In this document: positions 13,603 through 25,399 of the stretch, piece after piece
Numbering within the stretch: position 1 is the stretch's first letter
Layout of the letters: every line of letters starts with the position of its first letter
Program-made: the position numbers and the translations under genes
The notes under the pieces: model-generated
Database searches by the model: none
Told to the model about the DNA's origin: nothing
The model's input: only the letters and a program-made list of their open reading frames with translations
Source of the DNA: Octopus sinensis
Lineage: Eukaryota
Length of the DNA stretch: 64,000 nucleotides
Assembly: GCF_006345805.1 (NCBI RefSeq)
Contig: NC_042997.1
Span: forward strand, 151,900,001-151,964,000
Direction: 5' to 3'

Positions 13603-14186
13603 CTTGCACAAAAAAATACAAGCGCCGACACGATAAAAAGTGTGTGTATCTTCATTGGCTCTTATGCCGAAAATACCAATATGAAGTAACAGAGAATTGG
13701 TATGTAACAGAGAATTGGTACCAAGTAAATTTATGCAGCAAGATGGAAAAGTAATTGTACTCTGGGACTATTATTTTCAGGTAGATCGTGTAAACGAACA
13801 TCGTCGGCCGAATAGTGTTATACTGAGTAAAAAAGACAACTAATGCCAGATGATTGATGTAGCCATACCAAATGACATGAAAGTTGTGAGTAAAGAGGTT
13901 GAAAAATCACCAAGTATATCCAACTGAAAATGGAAACGGCAAGACTGTATGGAATGCGAGAGGGTAATGTAAACGTGATACCAGTAGTGATCGGAGCGTT
14001 GGGCTCATTCCCATTGAAACTTCAAAACTTCTTAAGGCAACTGGAAATCTCATGCAAGATTGCTCTCTTGCAAAAAGCAGCCTTATTGGGCACGGCACAC
14101 ATCTTAAGGAAATTATTATTTGTCTGAGGTTCTTGTTGTGACTTGACAGATGTAGGTGCATTTTTACCTACACTGTGTTACGAAGG
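13603..14186 (+). mobile_element. R4/Dong-type non-LTR retrotransposon 3' end (fragment 2) followed by (TAA)n
   Basis: LAQKKYKRRHDKKCVYLHWLLC...VLWDYYFQVDRVNEHRRP...MIDVAIPND...EVEK...IPVVIGALG...LQKAALLGTAHILRK stop (14127), about 60 nt 3'UTR, then (TAA)n from 14187. Confidence 0.9.
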
Positions 14187-14320
14187 AATAATAATAATAA
14201 TAACATTAATAATAATAATAATATTAATAATAACAACAACAACAATAACAACAACAACAACAACGACGACGACGACGAAAACAACAACAACAACAATAAT
14301 AATGATAATAATAATTTTTC

Positions 14321-14462
14321 GACTATAGGCATAAGGCCTGTAGTTTTGAGGGAGGGAGTTATCTGATTACTCTAACTCCCAGTACTCAACCGATACTTAA
14401 AGTATGGACTTCATAATGAAGCGCAAAGTCGACTTAGACGGAATTTGATCTCAGAAAGTCAA
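14321..14462 (-). mobile_element. SINE family B, degraded 3' part
   Basis: GCAAAGTCGAC...GGAATTTGA.CTCAG is the reverse complement of the family B body. Confidence 0.65.
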
Positions 14463-14665
14463 GCACAAATAGCAACAATGTTATTATTTTGATAATACTA
14501 TATACGTGTATGTGTGTGTGTGCGTGTGTGTATATATGTATATTTGTATATACGTATATATACATACTTACGTATACATGCTTACACATATATATTATAT
14601 ACGTAACTCACACTCTCACACACACATACACGCATATATTCAAATATACATATATACATATACAT

Positions 14666-14817
14666 GCCGAAATTGCGAGGATGAGCTGGTTCTTGACTAA
14701 GGATAGAAAGCTTCGAATAACCTGTCCTTGTTTTTTTGTATCGTCTACCTGGATGTTTTTTTGTCCCTTTTTGTATCACCTAGTTGTCCGGATGTTTTGC
14801 GTCCTTGTCCCATTTTG

Positions 14818-14822
<5 letters not shown>
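14666..14822 (+). repeat. Short interspersed repeat ending in (TA)n, probable Penelope-like pLTR fragment
   Basis: Homologous to 33762-33872 (GCCGAAATTGC...GACTAAG.ATAGAAA...GTCCTTG...GGATGTTTTGCGT.CTTGTCC). Confidence 0.6.
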
Positions 14823-14852
<30 letters not shown>

Positions 14853-14857
<5 letters not shown>

Positions 14858-15048
14858 ACACAAAGAGAAAACACAACAACGCGAGGACGTGGAACAAATA
14901 TATTATTATTGGACGCCCAGGAAGGAAGGAAAGAAGGAGGGTTTAACGTTTCGAGCGGAGCTCTTCGTCAGAAACATAGGAAAAGGAAAGATCCAGAGAA
15001 GGGAAGACAGAGGGAAAAAAATCGCCAACGGTACACACGCGGTCACAT
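14853..15048 (-). mobile_element. About 200-bp hammerhead-bearing non-autonomous element (Penelope-like)
   Basis: Homologous to 50431-50640 (+) and about 31205-31320 (-); 3' end abuts (TA)n. Confidence 0.7.
14941..14975 (-). ncRNA. Minimal type I hammerhead ribozyme motif
   Basis: GTTT-CTGACGA-A-GAGC-TCC-GCTC-GAA-ACGT-T-AAAC: stem I GUUU/AAAC, core CUGANGA and GAAA, stem II 4 bp, palindromic ACGU stem III. Confidence 0.7.
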
Positions 15049-15063
15049 GCGTATGTGTATTTG

Positions 15064-15101
<38 letters not shown>

Positions 15102-15153
15102 TAACTGTATATGTAAGTATACATATATATATATGCGTGTGAATGTATGTATA

Positions 15154-15217
<64 letters not shown>

Positions 15218-15534
15218 TTTATATATATAAATGTGTGTGTGTATAATAGCATAGTGTATTTTCTCGAAAGTTTCAGAGTGCTCTATACTAGTTGATTAAA
15301 GTTCATAGACCTTGTTATGTAGTAATCTTTGCGTCGCTTATAAAATATTTGTTATACAGGGTTACTACAGTTCCATATTAAAGCACTCCTTACCCAAACA
15401 AACCAGATGGGATTTACTGCTCTAAAGCATAAATCCCACAATGGCTTTTATCAGTATCGTTCCCTCAGTGTAAATTTGTGTGCATTTCACACCCACTTAG
15501 ATACATATACACATACATATATATACTTACATTT

Positions 15535-15574
<40 letters not shown>

Positions 15575-16365
15575 CATACATATAAAACATACGTAATACG
15601 GACATATAAATACATTTGTATATTACATTGTATAATATTTATATGTTATTCACTGTTCAAGTCTATTGTTTTCCATTCAAGCCACGATAATGTCAAATTC
15701 TTTCAACTTTCTATTTAAAAATAAATTAGACATTTAGTGAAAATATAACCCCATTAATAATTGTCTTTTTAATCCATTAAATCCGTATTCATTTTTTGCT
15801 GTTCCTTACTTTTTGTTTTTGCTTTTTTTCATAAAGAGAGAAACAGAATGGCAAAAGCAGAAAAGCACAGAACTAAATATTTTTTTCATTTTTTTCTTTC
15901 CTCTCTTAATGTTCTGTATTCAAGCCATACCCGTGTTGACTTTGACTTTTATCCAGTCGCAGTCAATAAAATATGTATCAGGCATGTACTGTGGTCGATT
16001 TAGCTGACTATATCCTTTCCTTATAAATTTCTGACCTTTTGGTGATATGAAAAATCGATATTTCCGTCATTAATACTTTTTGCAAATGCATGAACTCTAC
16101 GTCATACGACTCTCCCTATCCGTGCATTTATTAATTTGTCCCTTGTCAAATAAAAATCAATAATATTTCTCTCCATCTCCTGACTGGCATACACTAGAAA
16201 GGAGTTTCTCAATTGTAATCAACTCATTTCTTTCATATCATTACTACACTTGAGAAAAGGGATGAAAGCACTTACTTCAGTTCTGTGCTTCAATAAGAAC
16301 TATGTTTTCCGAATTATATTAAAATATTTTAGCTTTAAAATGGTTAAAGGAAAGGAAAGGTGAAC

Positions 16366-16790
16366 AGGCGAAAGCATGACTGTGTGTTTAAGAAGTTCGC
16401 TTTACAAGCATGTAGTTTTGGGTTCTGTCCCACCGCGCGGCACCTCGGACTTTCACCACAGCACCGAGTCGACCAATGCCTTGTAAGTGAATTTCGAATA
16501 CGAAAACTGAGTGGACGCCCGCTGTATATATGTGCGTGCCTTTGAGTCTGTGTTTGTCATCCTGATACCACTGATTGAGAACCGGTGTTGGTTTGTTCAC
16601 ATCCGCGTAACAGCAAAAGTTCCCCATAGAATACGTGCCACATTTTAGAATAGAATAAGAATAAAAGAAGAAGAGACAATCATTAGTACTTTGGTCGATG
16701 TGTTCCACTAAAACCCTCGAATGAGACATCTTAACATGAACACAATCCAATGGCTGAAACAAATAAACAATAAAAGATAAAACGTAAAAG
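16366..16790 (+). mobile_element. SINE family A, diverged
   Basis: AGGCG...TGACTGTGTG head through TGGCTGAAACAAATAAA tail. Confidence 0.75.
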
Positions 16791-17199
16791 GAATTCTTTG
16801 ATGATATCAATTTTCAAACCACTGAGTTCCAATTTAAAATCGCACTGGGATCACATTTGCTATCAAACCCTCTATGGTCTCAGAAATCGGTATCATTAGA
16901 TTCGTTAGATACTAGCGTCTATCACTACCGTTAGAAAAGTATGGCCTGGTATTTAGTCAAAACTATAAATCAGATATTTAGATAATTTGAAAAGACATCA
17001 AACCACGGTACATTTAATAGTATCAGACAAGAGAGCATTAATCAATGTTGCGATAGAATAGAAATTTGGCTTGGTGGTTCAAATTTCTTATGTGTGGCAG
17101 AAATATTTATTGGTTTTGATATTAGAATAACGATTTCAACTTTCCAAAACTGGTTACAAAATTGGTTATAAACGAAAAGGAAACAAAAACTACAGCAAT

Positions 17200-17272
17200 G
17201 CTAACAACAACAGCAATACTACTACTACTACTACCACTACTACTACTACTACTACTACTAATAATAATAATA

Positions 17273-17316
<44 letters not shown>

Positions 17317-17341
17317 AGTAACGGTAATGATGATGATAGTT

Positions 17342-17395
<54 letters not shown>

Positions 17396-17475
17396 TAATA
17401 ATAATAATAATGATAATAATAATAATAATGATGATGATAATAATAATAATAATAATAATAATAATCACAATAATC
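17200..17475. repeat. Compound (CTA)/(TGA)/(TAA) microsatellite
   Basis: Directly visible. Confidence 0.95.
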
Positions 17476-18329
17476 AAAGGACCGTATTTGCCACATGAAG
17501 TCAAAATTCCTAGAATGGTACCGAAGAAACGTTATTGTTTTCAAATAAATCAAAAAGCCAATATTTCCTTTCACTCAAGAAGATAAATAGGAATACTATT
17601 TGTTTTGTTATAACAAACATATCGTTATGGAACCGACAACTTTTAGTAACAATACTTTACAGTAGTTACTGTCACAGACGGCATCTAATAAAGACAAACC
17701 ATAGGAACTGACAGAATAATCTTTGCAAACAATGTGCATAGCCCTGACAAAAAGGTTTCTTCTACTGCTTCAGACGTGTTCAAAACTCTGAAATAATTGT
17801 TTACAAATCTGGAATAGTTGTCTATCATTGCTATTTAGAAGACTTTCGATTACATTGAAGTTAAAATGATATTCATATCAAGTTAATGTGCATTCAATAA
17901 TATTCGTCTCAAATTAATATCCACTCAATATCACATTTCCAGTCATAAGAAATGAACATGAAAGAGATTCGTCTCCCCAGCCCCATGATAGAAGCGTTTA
18001 CATTAAGACAGGCATACATGTATGCTGCGAATGCACATGTGTGTGTGTATGTATATATGTGCACATGCACAAACACGCACACATAGAGGGATATATATGT
18101 GTGTGTGTATCGAGAGACAGAGAGAGATGGGGATATAGAAAGATTGATGATGTTGTGCAGTTATAAAGTTTGAATTCCAATCACTTGATGCTGGGTTCGA
18201 TCCCACTATGCTGATCTGGATATTTCCTGCTGCAGCATCAAAAGCTTTATGAACTGAATTTGAAAATATATGGAAGCCCGTAATCTATCTATCTATCTAC
18301 CTATATATATATGTGTGTGCGTGTGGTTG

Positions 18330-18382
<53 letters not shown>

Positions 18383-18550
18383 TGTGTGAGTTTTCGTACG
18401 TTAAACTCTTTTCAGAGGTGTGTAGATTAAGTGTGATTTTATGGTTACTAAATGATTTTCTCTCCACATCTATATGTCTTACTAATTAAAGCTAACCACA
18501 CGAAATCTTTGGACATAATATAAGAAACTTATATTACTAACACATGTACA

Positions 18551-18605
<55 letters not shown>

Positions 18606-18863
18606 TTACACACACACACATATATATAAATGTATACATATGCATACATGCATATATAAATACACACAAGTGTGTATGCATGTAAGCGCAGTAGGATGGA
18701 ATGCTCAGAAGTTCGCTTCGCAAACACGAGATTCCGGGCTCGGCTCTGTTTCATGGTATCTTGAGCAATCGTCATTTCTTATAAACCCACATCAACCCAT
18801 AACCTTGAGAATGAAAACGGATAGTCGGAAACTGCATAGAAGCCTTATCGAGCATATTGTATT

Positions 18864-20676
18864 AGTAGCTTTTGAGGTGTACAAAACTCAACGAGACCGA
18901 GCCGTGAAAATTGAAAAGAAAGAACGCTTCAGTTATGAATACAAAATCGCGGCAAATGCCAGTAGCAATCCAAAAACCTTCTTTGCCCATGTCCAGCGGA
19001 ATTCCCGCTTGTACAACCAGATTGCAACGTTGGTAGACTCAACAGGCGTATCGATTGAGGACCCTTATCAACAGAGTCAATTACTTGCCGAGGTTTTTTC
19101 AACTATTTTCAAACAAGATGATGGTCGTGAACCCCCTCCATTTGATAGATCGGTACCTCCAATGCTTCGATTGGTCATCACGCGGGACGAAGTCAAACGT
19201 GTTATTCAAGGCCTCGATGTCAACAAGGGTCACGGCCCTGACGGCATACACCCACGGGTTATCAAAGCGTTGGCTCCGGTCATCTGCGAGCCCTTAACAC
19301 GACTATTCAATATGTCATTGGCGACGGGTGTTATACCTGCAAACTGGAGAACAGCGATAATCTGCCCAATTTTCAAGAAAGGGAGCCGCGAAGACCCGCT
19401 TAACTACCGACCGGTTTCCCTTACATCAATAATCAGCAAGATGTTCGAAACCATCCTTAAGAAAAGTATGATGCTCCACCTCCTAAACACAGCCTCGATC
19501 ACTGATTCCCAACACGGCTTCGTGCCGAAGAGATCATGCTTGACCAACTTACTAGTAATGGAAGAATTGGTGACGCGCATCCTCGATGATAGTGATGCTG
19601 TTGACATCGTTTTATTGGACTTTGCCAAAGCTTTTGACTCGGTAAACCACCGCCTACTACTTGTCAAGCTTCAAGCATATAGTTTCCATCCGGATATTGT
19701 ACGATGGGTTGGTGCCTTCTTCTCAGATCGCTCCTTCCAAGTTCAAGTTAATGGTTCGCGGTCCGACGTCTCCAGTGCGAGCAGTGGCGTGCCTCAAGGT
19801 TCAGTGCTTGGGCCCTTGTTGTTCTTAGTCTTCATAAATGACTTGCCCGACGACCTCACGCAACACACCCTTCTATTTGCCGACGATATCAAACTGTTCG
19901 CTCCTCGCGGTAGTATAGAGGATCTTCGTCGATGCCTCCACCAAATTTGGAAGTGGTCTAACGATTGGGACCTGTGTCTGAACGTGTCAAAGTGCTGTCA
20001 TCTGCCTGTCGGCTCTACTCCTGCAACTCAACTTGATTTCGAGCCGGGTCGTCTGCTGCTGGAGAGGACCGATCAGGTAAAGGACCTGGGTATCTTGGTG
20101 GATTCCTCCTTTTCGCCTTCGGCCCAGTGCGTCCATGCTGCCAACAAGGCGCGCGGAATTCTGTTTTTGATTCGACGGTCATTCGGAATGCTCACAGCAG
20201 CCATATTCCTACCACTCTATGTCACGCTGGTGAGACCCATATTGGAGTATGGGATTCAAGCCTCTTCTCCTTATCTCCTCAAAGACATACAGCATCTCGA
20301 AAGAGTCCAGAGGCTGGCTACCCGCATGGTTCATGGTCTCAAAAATTTGTCCTACGAAGAAAGGCTGAGGACGCTCGACCTTTATTCTCTTGAAAAACGC
20401 CGCCGCCGTGGTGATCTCATTCTCGCCCACAACATCATAAGCGGGAAGTGTAACCTCTCGAAAGAGATGTTCTTCACTCCTGCTCCGGAGCGTCGGCTGC
20501 GGGGTCATTCCGAAAAGCTCTACCTGCGACGATTTCATCTCAATCGAAGGAGAGGAGCTTTCTCCGTCCGGGTTGCGGATCCGTGGAACAAGCTGCCAGA
20601 CGAGATGGTGAAGATGCCGACGACCGCTTTGTTCAAAGCCTCCCTGGACCTCAAGTGGCCTGAACTCTTTACATGA
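18864..20676 (+). CDS. Non-LTR reverse transcriptase (ORF2 lacking the endonuclease domain)
   Basis: KGHGPDGI, NYRPVSLTS, QHGF, LDFAKAFDSV, SGVPQGSVLGPLLF, FADD, KDLG, SLEKRRRRGDLI, RGHSEKL, FSVRVADPWNKLP. Confidence 0.95.
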
Positions 20677-20766
20677 ACACCACCCTGTACTTAACTCCAT
20701 GTCCCCCTACATGGCCTTGCTATTTGCTTTTGAGCCAAATTAACTAACTAACTAACTAACTAACTA
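18864..20766 (+). mobile_element. Young 5'-truncated CR1-group LINE with (TAAC)n tail
   Basis: Clearly higher GC than flanks, uninterrupted RT frame, short 3'UTR, (TAAC)6TAA at 20741-20767, candidate ATT TSD at 18861-18863 and 20767-20769. Confidence 0.95.
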
Positions 20767-21554
20767 ATTGAAAAAGGTACATATTTGTCACGCAGTGTCA
20801 CACTGATTCTGCCTGAAGTTAAGACATACGTACTTGGAATGCACAACCACTTATGCGAAAATTTCTGAACCACATAATGCAGGTGGTCAAACAACTCAAT
20901 GCTCACGACGGAAATGTGCCACATACATACTTGCATACATATTTTGCCGTCAGCAATACATACAAGCGAAGAGGAGGGCTAAATATTTTTTCCGCACAGT
21001 GTCCTCTATAACGCTGTCGACTAACCAAGCTTAATTCAGTCACTGTTCCTTTTACATTCTGCCACAAATAAGAGGACCGATTTAATTCTCCGGCTAAGAC
21101 TCTTTCAGATCAGATTGCTAAGAATTATAGCCATTACGTGAGAGTTCACTTTTAGGATTATAATTTACTAACAGCAACATTAATAGCAATACCAGCGGTA
21201 CTACCATATTTGTGTGCTAAGATGATGGTAATCTTCTTCTCAATTCTCTTGGACTTTACATTTAAACGAAGATCTACACAAGTATTATGGAAAATCCTGT
21301 AAAAATCCTTTATCGGCTTTACAATTAAGACAAAGATCACCTAAACTGTAATCACTTGACCGAGAAACAATTTGGAAAACAGGAAACTTTCCTTGCCTGA
21401 AAAGTGGTTGTCAAAGATTGTATCCCATCTCCGGTGATTCTATTGAACTTTTTGAAGATATTTAAAGCCAATGAATAACAGCCATTGAAACTGCTAAAAT
21501 TATGAAGAAATCGACGCTGAAATCGCCTCCATCGCATAACAAATAACATATATC

Positions 21555-21900
21555 CATTTTTTACCTTTGCCTTTAACCCTCCAACGCGGAGTATAGGCCA
21601 CTTATGATTGAATTCCATGTCGCATAATTTTTCGCTTCTGTACTTACACTCTGCCATGAATGTCCCGCTTTCTTTGGTTTCTTTTGTGTTGATCTACGTC
21701 ACGAGTTCTTAGGCCTACCTTGCTTTCTATATCCATTCGGATTCCACTGTAAAGCAATTTTCGCTACATTTGGTGTGTCTTTTCTAATTGTGCTACCAAT
21801 CCACTTCTACTTTTTCTTAAATATTTGCTCCCTAATCGAAACTTGATTTGTTCTTTGCCATAGCTCAATACTTGTATCCATATTTGTATAAAACTGATCC
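21555..21900 (-). mobile_element. RTE-clade LINE 3' fragment (second RTE family)
   Basis: Minus strand ELWQRTNQVSIREQIFKKK*KWIGSTIRK...ALQWNPNGYRKQGRPKNS*RRS (cf. WRWIGHTLRK...WNPQGKR.RGRPK.TWRR). Confidence 0.85.
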
Positions 21901-22479
21901 GACGAAATTACTGTGGAATAATGCACAGCTTAAACACATTTTAAAACCACACATTGAAAACATATTTTTCAATTTGTCAAAGTTATGACTGTTGAGATTA
22001 TAGGGAAAAAGAATTACTGTCATAGTAAAATATATTAAGGATATCACCGAGACTACATAAAAACGTGATATCATAGTTGGACTATCAATAACTGCTTGTT
22101 TACTACTGCAGACAGTTTGGAAATGCATCGGGAAATATTTGCAGAATATAAGATAATGAAATAACTCGAAATAAACAAACCAACTACATATTAAAGACAA
22201 GCGAACAAAAATAGAGAGATATTCTATACTCAATGAATTTTAAGGAAATGTTTATAAATTCAAGTCGTGAATGTAAAACGCTAAGGTGCAGACTCCATAA
22301 TCAAAAAATATGTATCAGAGCGAGTGATAGTTTTGTTTCTAGACCAGTTGGACGCGGAGTGGTGGGGATGTGTTTCTGCAAAGTACCCCTTCCCTTCTTT
22401 TTATGGTCTGGAATGATCTTGAATGAAAGAATGATTTAAATCAGAATTCATCAGTATTAGATAATATCAAGAACGAATG

Positions 22480-23030
22480 TTATACCAAGATCAACAGTAA
22501 AACATGTAAATGACGCAGAAGATTTCAGCAAAGTTGTGGGAACTTGAGTAATAGTAAAGCACCAGTAGGAAACTTGATAGTTGATAACTAGAATAAGACG
22601 TAAATGTTCTACAGAAGTCACTAGTAATATATATTTTTAAAAAATAACTACTGAAGACCAGATAGTCAAATTATATTTGCTTTCCATAGCACGGACAGAT
22701 CTTGTAGCTAAGAATAAAAACACTGACTTAGCAGAAAACTATATCATGCTTTGCCTAAACATTATATATAAACTTTACACAAGCTGTCTCAACCAATTGC
22801 TTCAAGACAAATTGTGAATGTAACACTGTACAGACTGATGAGCTGACAGGTGGAAAGAAGGTAGTGTGAGGTATGTCGGGCAACATTTGATAAGGAAAAA
22901 AGCTGTGCTAACTAAAGTAAGAAAACACCAGAGAATACGTGTGACAATATAACTTGATTACGTAAATGTATTCGATTCAATTCCTTGCTCACGGTTACTG
23001 TAGTCACTGCAGTTGGCAAAGGTAACCATT
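22480..23030 (+). mobile_element. Decayed R4/Dong-type reverse transcriptase fragment
   Basis: TDLVAKNKNTDLAENY..LCLNIIYKLYTSCLN...DELTGGKK...QHLI...TI*LDYVNVFDSIPCSRLL*SLQLAKV, with frameshifts and stops. Confidence 0.85.
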
Positions 23031-23136
23031 ACATAAGCTGTCACTATTATATGTCTCAGAAAGATCTGATCTGATCAGCAGCACTCGCAAGAGTAACTGA
23101 TAATTGAAAGTCGAACACACACACGTACATAAAATG

Positions 23137-23169
<33 letters not shown>

Positions 23170-23285
23170 ATAATTTATATATATAATGTACTCAGAACCA
23201 ACACAGATTTTATGTATCTATGTTTATACTTGTCTTTTACACCCGCTCTCTCTCTTTTAATAAAATAAAATTGTATATATATATA

Positions 23286-23385
<100 letters not shown>

Positions 23386-24179
23386 GTAGAAGTTTTGTGT
23401 ACAAATAGTTGTATGATTTATACAGTAATGTTTACAGCTCCACGTAGAGTATCTAGTGTAGAGTAATTCCAGTACTTTTGTTAAGTAACTTCTATACTGA
23501 AAAGTATTTATGAACAATATAGCAATGTAGGAGAAATACGAATGAACACAAGTAAATATTTTAATCCCTACGCAAATTACACCATTATGTTCGCTTGGAG
23601 CCCTATCAGAGATTTTCCATGTATATGTAGAAGCTCAACTACAACAGATCATCAGGGAACACTTTATTATAGCAAGTTACAGATAAGCATGTCCAAACTT
23701 GAACAGATGACGGGAAATTCTATAATTTTGGGAGAAAATACAAAAAAAGCAACTGGGTGAAAAGGAAGTATACAACGTACAAGAGAAAAGGGAAAGAGTG
23801 AGAGACAGAAATAAAGAAAGGAACTCGAGAATAACGACAGAAGAGGAAAAGAAAGAACAAGGAGAAAGTAAAGAGGAAATTAAAAAAGGAAAAGAATGGA
23901 ATAGGGAGAGAAATAAAGAGAAAGAAAGAAAGTAAAGAATAATTCGCTCAACTAAAGCAGAGAAATTAAGTTCTATGAGAAAAAAAAGAATAAAAATATA
24001 CTTATAACCAACAGATTTTATGTATCTAAGTTTGTACTTGTCTTTCTTATCCTCTCTCTCTCTTTTAATTTATCTATGTATGTATGTTTGTATGCATGTA
24101 TGTATGTATCTATCCATCTATCTATCTATGTGAGAGTGTGTGCGCGAGTATATGTGTGTGTATCCTTCTTCAAAGTCCA

Positions 24180-24595
24180 ATCCTTAACTCATCGTGGTTG
24201 GAAGGTTAAACGAGTGAGTGTCAGAGCTATGCCTTCGGGGACTTCGAATCCTTTGTAGGGCCACCCAAAGCAGACAGGTTTGACACCAGCGGTGCTAGGG
24301 TCGCAACCCACCTAAGTGGGGGCAATGGGGAAATCCAGGTGGTGTTTCTTTCAGAATCAGGCACCGTCTATTCCGGAACCCGACGGCTTCCTGGTGACGT
24401 TGACTCGCGCCTGCGGACATCCTACGGGAGAACGCGCAACACGAGGATGACCTGCCACCGGTCGTGTATGTCTACTTACAGTTACAGATGGGAACTGTTT
24501 TTTGTTGACTCTGGTCATCCCTTGAAACTCCTATGAACTCACAATAGGAGCCGGCTTACTCCTCCCGTGTGAATGCCGTTACAAGACAAGAAGGT
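24180..24595 (+). mobile_element. GC-rich RTE 5'UTR-like element (non-autonomous RTE derivative)
   Basis: ATCGTGGTTGGAAGG...GAGCTATGC...GTAGGGCCACCCA..GCAGACAGGT resembles the conserved 5'UTR of RTE/Expander(Rex3) LINEs as recalled. Confidence 0.6.
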
Positions 24596-25060
24596 GGGTG
24601 TTCTTGTGTGTGTGTGTGTATGTGCGAACATACATACATACCTACATACGTACATACATAAAAAGAAGGCTTTCGTCGACTTGGACTATATGTCGCACCA
24701 CTGCACGGCTGTCTGTCGGCTAATATTGCTGATTGACATGCAGCATGTCATGGTCATTTCACATATAAAGTCCAGTGTTTTGTGAAAAAGTGTGAAACCC
24801 GTCAATTGAATTTCTTCCATAAATGTATTAAAAATTATTTTGAATTTTATAAAGAGAAACAAATGGCAGATTCGAACTGTCCGTACTTTAAAACTACGAA
24901 TTTTTAAAAAATTGGTGGAGGAGGATTTTTTTTTTTTTTTTTTTTGCATAATCATATCAATTCCATTATGCAGAAGACAATCGAAAGCATTTTGTAAAAT
25001 TTCGTAAAAATACAAAAGTTATGAGGGGTTTTAGCATGTGCTTATATCATAACTCTGTCC

Positions 25061-25094
<34 letters not shown>

Positions 25095-25096
<2 letters not shown>

Positions 25097-25271
25097 GGGG
25101 GCCAGTGGATTAGATACAACCCAGTACGTAACTAGTACTTAATTTATCGACCCTGAAAGCATGAAAAGCAAAGTCGGCCTCGGCGGAATTTGAACACAAA
25201 ACGTAAAGACAGACGAAATAGCGCTAAACCTTTCGCCAGGCGTACCAACGTTTCTGCCAGTTCACTGCCTT
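25095..25271 (-). mobile_element. SINE family B
   Basis: Reverse complement of family B head and body. Confidence 0.85.
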
Positions 25272-25399
25272 AGTCATCCCTTATTTTTCAAAGAATCTTC
25301 AGAGAATTTTTTCGGGATTCACTTTGAATGATGATGTCTACGTATATGTAAAATTCACTATCCCCTCTTCACACAATAGATATCTGAAACAAGGACATC

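Noticed and set aside
13178-13621. Poly-His/Pro/Ser ORFs suggesting a transcription-factor exon
   Set aside because: Entirely a compound trinucleotide tract between two Dong fragments
18544-18863. N-terminal 107 aa of the 710-aa ORF as part of the LINE protein
   Set aside because: Derived from flanking (TA)n and a degraded SINE; LINE homology starts near 18864
20741-20767. Telomere-like repeat
   Set aside because: Unit is TAAC, not TAACCC, and it is the LINE 3' tail
21300-21540. Possible I/Jockey RT trace (IWKTGNFP)
   Set aside because: Single short motif; insufficient to annotate without alignment
22831-22870. CTGATGAG...GAAA hammerhead-like string
   Set aside because: No stem I pairing, and it lies in the Dong RT reading frame (TDELTGGKK)
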